Assembly: GCF_022045235.1 (NCBI RefSeq)
Contig: NW_027266319.1
Span: 47,120,001 to 47,184,000, forward strand
Length of the DNA stretch: 64,000 nt
Origin: Haliotis cracherodii
Lineage: Eukaryota
Direction of reading: 5' to 3'
Shown here: positions 15,501 to 27,500 of the stretch, in pieces
How the letters are laid out: every line of letters starts with the position of its first letter
Position numbering within the stretch: the stretch's first letter is position 1
Translations under genes and position numbers: made by a program
The notes under the pieces: model-generated
The model's input: only the letters and a program-made list of their open reading frames with translations
Database searches by the model: none
Told to the model about the DNA's origin: nothing

Positions 15501-18500
15501 CTCAGCTTCAAACAGAGCTAGATAATCCCATTTTTTATCAGATGTCAGAAGCTTGATTTCGGCAGGGACATCCTTCCCTGGCGATGTACTCATATCTCCA
15601 TGGATGGCTTTTTCTGAAACAACTTGATCAATGCACGTTCTCCAATATACACACACCTGCTTATTTCACTAACTTCTTGAAGCCAAATAGTATACTAAGC
15701 TGGCTCAAGGATATACTTCTATGGCATCATGACTTGTATTGGCCACAACAAATGATTACACTATTACGCCATTCCTTGGATACTATATAGTTGATCTTGT
15801 ATTGATAGATGTGTAGGTTGGGGCATATTTGGTGTTATTAAAGCCGAATTATTATTTTCATAAAATGTTTTTTAAAGTTGAAATTCTTACATGTAGTGGA
15901 ACTTTCAGGAAATGCAAAAAAACTAAAACACACACCTTTAAATTTTTAAACCTTTTTAACTTTAACCTCATATTTAAGATAAACTGAGGACAAAAAAGAA
16001 ACTATACCCCTCAGTTGAATTTATCATGTTTGATTTTCAATTCAAAATATACTAGCCACATAAAGAAACTGTGCACGGAGAAAATATAGATATAAGGGCA
16101 CACCGTCCATATATGAAAGATAGGTTTGAACACAGCAATTATTGGAGACATTTAAACGCTCATGCACGTGCCATGCGATATGATGTCATTGATGGGGGCC
16201 TATGGACGTGCAATGTGTTACTGCACGTGCATCCTGTGCAGCTGTACACAGCATGTGCAACTCAAAATTCGCTGTCACTTTGGAAAGCATGATCTGTGGT
16301 CATTCAAAAATTCAAAACTTCTCAGGCGCAGACACAAGCATATCACAAGCAAATCATGCCAAGATTGACAGCTGCACAGCGTCATGAAGCCATTGGAATG
16401 ACCCGACCGGGAATGAGGCAACAACAGGTGGCAACACATTTCCAATGCCATCGTAACACGATATCGACATTGGTGAGGCGTTATCAGAACACAAATGACG
16501 TTGCCGACCACCCACGTTCAGGACGTCCCCGAGTAACGACGCCAAGACAGGACAGATGGATTCGAGTTACACATCTCCGACACAGGTTCCAAACGGCAGT
16601 AACGACGTCCCAGACAATTCCTGGATTGCGCCGTATCCATCCCAACACTGTCAGGAATCGTTTACGTCAGTACGGGATTCGACCACGACGCCCTGCCATA
16701 CGTCCCATCCTGACACACCGTCATCGAGTCAACCGTCTAAGATGGTGTCGAAATCATGTTCGCCAACCTCGAATATGGTGGAGAAATGTTGTCTTTACAG
16801 ATGAATCTAGGTTCAACATTTCCCACAGTGACCGGCGCCAACGTGTCTACCGGCGTTTGGGAGAACGTTATGCACGCAACTGTATTGTGGAGAGGAATCG
16901 TTTTGGAGGTGGCTCTGTGATAATTTGGGGTGGGATAACAGCACGGCACCGAATCCCTTTGGTGGTTGTTCAGGGCAATCTCACCGGTGTTGGCTACAGA
17001 GATCAGATTCTGAGGCCTGTGGTCATTCCTTTCCTGCAACGTCATGGCCCGGGATTGACATTTCAACAGGACAACGCTCGTCCTCACACGGCTAGGGTCG
17101 CAATGGATTTCCTTCACCATAACAATGTCATGTTACTGCCATGGCCTGCAATTTCTCCAGATCTCTCCCCAATAGAGCATGTGTTGGATGAAATGGATCG
17201 CCGTCTGCGTCGTCTTCCACATCCTCCAGATAACGTCCGTGACTTGGCACAGGATTTGAGGAGGATATGGCAGGCCATTCCCCAGGCCTTCCATGCCCAT
17301 TTGATGGACTCCATGCGTTGCCGATGCACTGCTGTTATTCACGCACAGGGTGGTCATACCCGTTATTGACTTTGTGACTTTTGTCGTTTGACCCCCTACT
17401 CCATTTTGATCTTCTGACGTCATCGTAACAGATGTTGTTCAGGTCCCGTTGACATTTTCTTATGGTCCGATCATTCAGCTGCTACAGCGTCTGCATCATT
17501 GTGTTCTTGTTGTGTTGTATTTCAATCCAGAATATATTTTCTCCGTGCACAGTTTCTTTATGTGGCTAGTATACATTAAATTATTATATACTATCGAAAA
17601 TAATAAGAGAACTGATGAATAACAGTGAATGTGTAATAACGATAAATGTCTGTAAAATATATTTTGTAGTGGAGATCAATATCTTGTGTGTCCACATTTG
17701 TGGGCAATACATGCACGACACCTTGATGCCATACTGTTGATTAACTTGGTTGCTTTTTGTATTCCCCGCCATTCCGTCTGAAGAGCTACCCCAAGCTGAG
17801 CCATAAATATGTATTGAAAAATGCATCATTTAATTTCAGAATTAATGTATCATTATTGAACTTAATATGAAGCGCAGTTACTTTTTCTGTTGGTATATAA
17901 TTCAAAATTGCTTTAGTACATCAAAGAGGTTTACTTCTTTTTAAAACAGCAACACGAGACTTCTACTGCATCTATTATATATAACTAATGGATTCAAACA
18001 GAAATAAATATAAAATTCTTCTTAAAAATAGTTCTGATGTTAATACGCCAATATACAGCCCTTCTACGGACACGGGTTGGTCACGACTTACCATGGACAA
18101 ACTTGAACTCCTTAAAGGTTAACAAACATCCACATAAAATTTATTTCTGAATCCATCAACCCATTTCGAAGAAGTCGAAAATGTATAAAAGTTTATGAGC
18201 GAGCCTTTTCATAAAATCTTCGCTCTTAAAGAGAGGGTCATAGCTCTAAAAGAATAAGTATTCTAATGCGATGAATAAATATGCAAATAAGTGAAACTGA
18301 CACCAAATGTGAGGATGCCCGGCGAAGCCAGACTGACGGCTTTTTATCTGTGTGTCTTTGTAGAAATAACACAACTACATGTATTTTTGAATCATTTTAG
18401 GAATTATGTTCAGGCTTCCCTCTTGGCACATACATGTTAAACCTGAAAGGAATGATACTCTTTCCCCTCAGCTCGTTGATGGCGTCCGTGTAATCCTTCA

Positions 18501-21500
18501 GGATACGCCTACACACAGTCTCTACGTCCAACATTCTCGGTGCAACGACGTCATCGCGATATGATGCAATTACCTCATCATACCTGGCAGGATCTACGAT
18601 CTTCAGTTCAGCGATAGCGATGGCATCGACTAGAGTTTGTCGCGCGACCTTGGTCTCTCTGAATGTCTCCGTTAGGGGGCAGTGGTGGCTTACGTTGTGT
18701 TGTAGAACTGTCTGGTAGCGTTCATGCACTCTCATGAGGAGATTGCTCAGCTGCCGCCCAGGGAGACGTGCTGGGACACTGCTCTTCTGAGCATGCTGCC
18801 TTGGTGCATCTGCCTGAGGGACTTCATCCAGCAGCAGATGTGGGGGAGCAGTTAGTGTAGCGTCCGATGGACCTAGAGAGGGGGAAGTGTTCTCATTTTC
18901 ATGTAGCGACACTGGTGTTGCTTCAGATTGTGGTGATGTGTCAATGTTGTAATTTCGAATCAGTAACCGCGACCGCAAGTGTTCTGCCATAACGGGGTTG
19001 CTGTCATGAAATGTGATGTCACACACGTCACAAATGAATAATGACGTCATATGCCACGTACGATAAGCAAAGGAAACACACGACTTTTCCATACAGCACA
19101 AGGTGGCACGCATCTCCCTGCAGTGCCCACACAGAACAATGCCGTTTGCAGAAGTCGGAACTCGTGACACATCTCGGAACTGTGCCTCCTCCACGGGTGT
19201 CTCTGCACGGTTATTGAAGGTGGAAGTGGAGCAAACCTCCTGTTTGATCTCTGCCGGCGTCATCACCTGGGTGTGTTCAGAAGGTTGGCGAATGTCGTTC
19301 TTTATGTCCACGCCCGAATCTCCTTCACCGCTCGCTTTCCGTTTCTTGGCACCGGAACATGACGTCTTTGTTGAAGGAGTAATTTGCCACATCCTTCTTG
19401 CAGATCCTGGGAATAGATAGATACGATCGGTCACTAATGGAGGAACTAGGATACTAGGATAGTTTTTGTCAAAGTATTCTTTGATCAAGTCCTTCAAACA
19501 CCACTTTGTTTGCCTCCTCAAATTTACTGCATAACACAGTTTGCCAATCTAGAAACAAATCATTGCTATACTTCACAAAGTCTCACACAGAGCAGTTTTC
19601 AAAACTCGATCTGGGTTGGAAACTATCAGAATCAGAATCAGAATCAGTTTATTCTCAAAAACCACAAAAGGTGGTACAACAGCATATTACAAAAAATAAT
19701 TATGTATGTGTACAAATAGCTGACAAGATGGCAGTTAATAACAGCATGTGAATACCTAGCATTTGTAATACTAACGCAAATTTTTACGATCAATTCTTTA
19801 GATCATGTGTGTTTGTTGTTGATAAGAGATTTACAAATTTTATAATATTTGGCCATTCAGTATAATATGATGATAGAAATGTATGCCTCTCTCTTTAAAA
19901 AAAATACATCTGAATACGTAGTGAAATTCATCAGCAATAGATGGAGAATAACAAAACAGATTTACAGGTTCTATTTTCCTTTGGAATATTTTTCCATCGG
20001 CCAGTCTCATTAGGTAAATTATGATTACAGGTACGAAATCGTAGTATTGGGATTGATATTCGTTAAGGCAATTGAAGATATTTATCGAGAACCGGAGTGC
20101 CCTATAAATGTTTATAATATAATCCTTTAGAACTAGAATTAACGTCACTTCTCAATTTCTAAAAAAATATCTTTAAGTATTTGCTCTACTTCTGACACTA
20201 GCCACTTTGTTGTGCTTATTGACGGATTGTTACATACATAAGATAATCCAATACTGTCTGGTGTATCCTTAACACATCTAACCCAGGGATTTGTTGATAC
20301 AATAGTCTTGTTCCTATTAAATGACAAATATTGATATAACAGCTGTGAAAGTTTATAGTCACCAGTTTGATATGTTAATTTGTGCAAGAAAGATATCATT
20401 CGTTTATAAATTTTAATCTTAATGATAGCCTACCTAATTCGCCATATATGATATAAAGAGTTGAATTCTTGATCCTGTGATAAGTCTGAGGAATTTGAGG
20501 TGTATTCTTTCTATAATTTCTAAATTTTCAAAGCCCCAGACTGAACCTAAAGTTAATATTGGTAATACCATCGCTGATAATACACAGTCCAAAGGTAAAT
20601 TTAAATTTCTTGATATTTTTATCAGACCAAACATAGCTTTCGATGCACTGTCACTAAGGGACTTAAGACTTGATACTCGTTTTCTATTCCTGTGAAATAT
20701 AATTCCTAAATACGTATAAGTGACAACAATATCTAGGGGTTTATCAGAATAGTGAAATTTAAGGTTCGTATTTTTCGATGGGCCAACACCGAAAATCACA
20801 TTTTATGTTTCATTAATATTTACATGTAATTCCCACTCTCCACAATATTAGTCACTGATGCTATCCACAGTCCTCATGCATTAAAGATATTTCTGGGCTA
20901 AATTGTGGTCTTGCTTTGCGAAATGCATCAAATCACGTGAGAACCTTGATTAGAAACTTGAAAGGATTTGGAAAATATCTGTTAAAATCTGTACAAATGC
21001 GTTACAAATCCTGCAATCGAAATCTGCACGACAGTTGACAAACCGGATGTCGATTTCGTAATGCGATTTTGATTGGACTATGCACAGACTCGTTAGTCCA
21101 ACCAAGATATAACTCCATAATTCCTGCCTAGTTCGGCAAGGGTGGAAACTGGACTTTTAAAGTCAGTTAACTCCCTTCCCTCAGGAAAAAAATAAAAAAT
21201 AAAAATAGATTTATTCTGAAATTAAAAAGTGGTATAAGGTGGCATCTTAACTCACGACAGAACTCAACTTTAATGGCATACGTTACCGGGGCGACATCGT
21301 TCTACCCTTTGTGCAAATCAGGACGTAAGGGGAGAGTGGTATTAAAACTAGCGAGAGACACATAGAACCCCATATATACCCCTCGTGATCCAGGCGAGTG
21401 GTATCAAACCAAACGAGGGACACATAAAACCCCATGTATACCCCTCGTGATCCAGGCGAGTGGTATCAAACCAAACTAGGGACACATGAAACCCCAAGTA

Positions 21501-24500
21501 TACCCCTCGTGATAAGGGCGTGGGGTATCAAACCTAACGAGGGACGCATAACACCCCATGTATACCCCTCGTGATCCAGGCGAGTGGTATCAAACCAAAC
21601 TAGGGACACATGAAACCCCAAGTATACCCCTCGTGATAATGGCGTGGGGTATCAAACCTAACGAGGGACGCATAACACCCCAAGTATACCCCTCGTGATC
21701 CGGGCGAGTGGTATCAAACCTAACGAGGGACGCATAAAACCCCATGTACCCCTCGTGATAAGGGCGAGTGGTATCAAACCTAACGAGGGACGCATAAAAC
21801 CCACTTTACCCCTCGTGATCTGGGCGAGTGGTATCAAACCTAACGAGGGACGCATAAAACCCAATTTACCCCTCGTGATCCGGCCGAGTTGTATCAAACC
21901 TAACAATGGACGCATAAAACCCCATGTATACCCCTCGTGATAAGGGCGTGTGGTATCAAACCTAACGAGGGACGCATAAAACCCCACGTACCCCTCGTGA
22001 TCCGGGCGAGTGGTATCAAACCTAACGAGGGACGCATAAAACCCAATTTACCCCTCGTGATAAGGGCGAGTGGTATCAAACCTAGCGAGGGACGCATAAA
22101 ACCCCATGTATACCCCTCGTGATAAGGGCGTGCGGTATCAAACCTAACGAGGGACGCATAAAACCCAATTTACCCCTCGTGATAAGGGCGAGTGGTATCA
22201 AACCTAGCGAGGGACGCATAAAACCCCATGTATACTCCTCGTGATAAGGGCGTGTGGTATCAAACCTAACGAGGGGCGCATAAAACCCAATTTACCCCTC
22301 GTGATAAGGGCGTGTGGTATCAAACCTAACGAGGGACGCATAAAACCCCATGTATAATGTACACCCCTTGTGATCCGGGCGAGTTGTATCAAACCTAGCG
22401 AGGGACGCATAAAACCCCATGTATACCCCTCGTGATAAGGGCGTGTGGTATCAAACCTAACGAGGGACGCATAAAACCCCATGTACCCCTCGTGATAAGG
22501 GCGTGTGGTATCAAACCTAACGAGGGACGCATAAAACCCAATTTAACCCTCGTGATCATGGCGAGTGGTATCAAACCTAACGAGGGACGCATAAAACCCC
22601 ATGTATAATGTATACTCCTCGTGATCCGGGCGAGTGGTATCAAACCAAACGAGGGACACATAAAACCTCTTGTATACCCCTCTTGATAAGGGCGAGTGGT
22701 ATCAAACCTAACGAGGGACGCATAAAACCCAATTTAACCCTCGTAAACATGGCGAGTGGTATCAAACCTAACGAGGGACGCATAAAACCCCATGTATAAT
22801 GTATACTCCTCGTGATCCGGGCGAGTGGTATCAAACCAAACGAGGGACACATAAAACCTCATGTATACCCCTCTTGATAAGGGCGAGTGGTATCAAACCT
22901 AACGAGGGACGCATAAAACCCCATGTATAATGTATACTCCTCGTGATCCGGGCGAGTTTGTATCAAACCTAATGAGGGACGCATAAAACCCCATGTATAA
23001 TGTATACTCCTCGTGATCTGGGCGAGTGGTATCAAACCTAACGAGGGACGCATAAAACCCCATGTATAATGTATACCCATCGTGATCATGGCGAGTGGCA
23101 TCAAACCTAACGAGGGACGCTTAAAACCCGAGGGTTATGTACAGTCACAATTAATGGGTTGCGACAGTCACACTGGGGTTATACACATTCACAATAGGTT
23201 ATATACATTCACGATAGGGTTATATACATTCACGATTGGCTTATATACATTCACGATAGGGTTATATAAGTCACAATGGGGTCATATACCATCACAATAG
23301 GCCATACATCCACAATAGGGTTACATATAGCCACATTAAGTTATATACAGTCATATTAGTCTCAGTGTGGTTATATAGTTACAATGGGGTCATAATCACG
23401 ATAAGGTTATGTACAGTAACAATGCGGTTATATACAGTCACGATAGGGCTATATACAGTCACAATGTAGTTATATTAAGTTGTAATGGGTTATATACATT
23501 CACAATAGGGTTATATAGTCACAATAGGTTATATACAGTCACAAAGGATTTTTTCATTCACAACTGGGTTACAGCCAAATCTGGTTATATAGTCACGGTC
23601 GGGTTATTAACAGGCACGCCTGGGGTTACATACAGTCACGGAAACAGCCATTATTTGGTTATATACAGTCACAATAATCACAGTAGGGTTATATGCATTT
23701 ACAATAGGGCTATAAACAGTTGTAATAGGGTTATACACAGTCGTAATGGGGTTACATACAGCCACCTTTATACCAAGTATGATCCATGAAGTAGGCCACG
23801 TTCCAAGCAGACGATTAGCCGTGAAACCGGTACATGAACATGAACCAACAATACATTGTCACTCCGCCCTCATCTCACCAAGCTTGCGTGCTGCATACTT
23901 ACTGATGAGAACGTTGTCTGTCTGTGACGTGAAAACGAAATCCCGGTTGTTGTATGTGAAGGGCAGATCGTGTTGCCGTGGCCTCACGCTCAGTCTCGGA
24001 TTGTAGGTCACCACCTACAGAACGTGTAGCGTGAGGCGATCTCCCGGCTAGGGAAATCGGCAGCCGTTGCCTAGCGACAGGTCGACTAAAGCACGGCCGC
24101 GGTGCAGATAACGAACGTTGAGCGTGATTGTGACGACCTGGTATACCTTAGGCGAGACGTGGACTGGAATAACGGTTTGGATTTACATGCTGCTACCAGC
24201 CGGGGTTTTACGAGCTGAATGGTGGCGCTGTACACTAAGAAACCGAAAGATCGAAGAGTGTACACGAACGTCCAGCTCGTAATTAAAAGCCCTTGTAACA
24301 TGGTTTCGGCGTGTGTTTTTTATGTTACATTTACAATACGTACCGATACAGCATGGAGGGGTGGAGGCCCTACCGCCACACAACTAACTCTCAGGACCCA
24401 AAAGAGGTGCCTCGCCCAAAGAAGCGTAAAGGAGTTGTTTGGTCGGAAAGGGGTACCTAACCCTCATGATCGTAGGGATGCTTGATCGGATAGCGGATCC

Positions 24501-27500
24501 AGGGGTTAAGGACGGAGTTGGGGGTAACTTGCCCTGACCCGAACACGACTAACCCAAAGAGGTACGCGAGATCTGGGAAGCGAGTCACATGCCAGCAGCT
24601 TGAGCGTGTTACGGCCATATAGAAACTGCGTCCGGTAATCTGCATTGTTGTGTACAGTCAGGGACGTTTCTGTATCAGGCGCCGTTTTACTATTTAGATC
24701 TATTCCCTATGATATCAATAATTCATTTATTGATTTCACAAATTCTTCTTTTGTTATCAGTAAATTAATTTTAGACTCGAAATGTATTATTGATATGAAA
24801 AAATCTAATCTGTGATATCAATAATTCACCGTTAGTTTCATGAAAGAAAAAGAATTTTCCCTTAAAGGGGCACTGATCTAACGCAATTCGCGGGACTGGT
24901 TGTTGCCTTTGTTATTTTTTTTCCCCGTGAGTACCCGGATGATACGTAACGCAACTGAGTGTGACCAGAGACTGGGCTACCGTCTGCAAGGACAGCTAAA
25001 TAAACTTGGATGCTTGAGGCAATATTTGTTTTACGCATTTTTGCATAAACACTGATTGGTTAACTGTGATCTATAAAGATTTCGATAAAGGGCGCATGTT
25101 AATTAATTTCTTAGGCCTAAACAAACAGACAAAAAGAACGGCATCATCGGATGTCGTCATTTGGAAATTCCCCAGATGGTTATAGTTTAATACTGAAAAA
25201 AGTATCCATGCAGTCAAAGCATTTTGCGGATTTCGGATTGCGTCTATAATACGATTACTACTCACTTGTTATCATCCACGTTTTCTCGTATAACCCTACA
25301 CTTGTGTATTTGTCGTCATTCACTTGATGCTCAGTTAATGAATTTATTACAGGTACAATTAGTGGTAGCACCACTTAGATTACCTACAAAGGTTCCCATT
25401 TGGCATTTATTGTGTCTGGGGTAATTATTCAATCTAAATCCAGGTTTGAAGTGAGGTGAAATGTGTGTTATGTAATATGCGCGTGGCAGAACAGCAAGAG
25501 GTGAATGATCAGTTGATTTACTTTTTTTGTAAATCAACGGATCGTTCCTAGTCATCAAAGGATTAACAGAAAATACGTTGAGTGATTAATCACTGTTATC
25601 TTGCACAGTTGATATGTCAAAAGTGAGTGTTTACATGTCTAGGTTTACTAAAACAAAGGGAATACTCTCATACCATGGCGTGAAGTGCCGGTGTAAAAAC
25701 AACATACTTTGTTCAAAGGGTTAACTGATAATACGTTGATAGATTGATCATTGTTATCTACCATTCAATGGATTTTTTAGGAACCGTGGACGTTATGAAA
25801 ATAGTTGTCACGTGGGCTTTCTCAGCCGACCCTTGAGACTTGACACCTATGTGAAACACCTGAAACAATCCAAGTGATCAGTTGAGAAACGAACACGGGT
25901 TATAATATCCTGAAACGATATATATCTTTTAAAATATTTGATTGTTACAGAGACACGTGACATCGAATAAGTTTCTTTGTACAGCCGCAGACGAGTGGGA
26001 TATTGTTCCTTCGTGTGGATATTCACGGATACATTCCTCGAACAAGGAAGCTGCCTAAAATTTATACACATAAATTTGGTAGGTTGAAATTATAGTATTT
26101 GCATTTTGTTTTCCTTCTTTTGAACCGATTCGTTCTTGTTTCTGTACGTCTTGGTTGGGAAATTCTTCAATGCGCGATAGACGTTGTTTTCACAGGTCTT
26201 TTCCTTTGTAAGCGTGTATATATTACCGTCAATTTGTAAAATGTGATTCTCTTTTAGGCAATTTATAAAATGTGTTTTTGACTAAAAAAATCTGTCCAGA
26301 TTGATTAAGACGATCAAAAGGGCCTACAAACATGACAACAGATTATTATGTAGGATTAGAAGCCAAACAACATAGAAATGTACTTTTCAACGTAACATTT
26401 TCTGTCTCTTGGTGATGATATTAAACATCAAAATGTTTGGAGTTCGTTATTATAATAATACAAATGGAAATGTCTTTCAGTCACTTTTTAAAATAACTGA
26501 ATATTTAGACGTTTAATAAATTTGAAAACACATTTTGACAGTAAAAAAATATACACACTATAAAAAAGCAATGCTCAGGTGAAATATTTACTTTGTGTTA
26601 CAAGTCAAAATAGTGTAAACGAAAATCGCAAAATTGCCAAGCAAGTGACTTATCAAAACTTCGTCACCATTACCGATGCTACCCACAAAGATACCTACAT
26701 TCCCTTATTATCTCGAAAACTGTATTTCATTTTGTTGAGCAATGTGACCATACGCCCTTATTACTACCCATGAAAGTGACTAATGCGCTTACGAATGGCG
26801 CAGCAGAGGTCGCGAACTAGTCTAGATTTCTGCTATACATCCGGGTACTCACTGGGAAAAAACAATAACAAAGGCAACAACCAGTCCCGGGGAATTGCGT
26901 TAGATCAGTGCCCCTTTAAAGGCATACCGCAGTAAATAATTAAGCTACTTGTCAACACGCTTGTCACGCATAAAGTACGTTGGACATATTAATTTGGAAA
27001 AGGTGAATTATTAAAAATAGATTTAAAGAATTTATGCTGTTTAATTAAGCTTGATATGACATTCTGATATTAAGTTAAATTACCCACATTCTTTGTCAGC
27101 AATCTGTCAATCATTATATATCCAAAAAATCGAATTTGTTATATCAATAATAATTTTATATCATAAATTCGAATTATTGATTGTAAATAATCAGTTATTC
27201 AATAATTATTTATTATATATAAAAATCGAATTTGTGATATCTGAAAATCTGATTTATATCAATAAATCATTTATGATATCATGAAATACTGAAGACTTTT
27301 AGATATCAGAAATTCATTTCATGATATCTAAAATTCGAATTTGTGACAATAATTATTTTATGATATGAAATATTTATTTATGCTATCATTAATTCGAATT
27401 TGAGATATTAATAATTCGTTTGGAGACAAAAATAAATACATTATTGATATAATAAAATCAGGAATAAATAGTAACACGGCGCCTCATATTTCTGCATATC

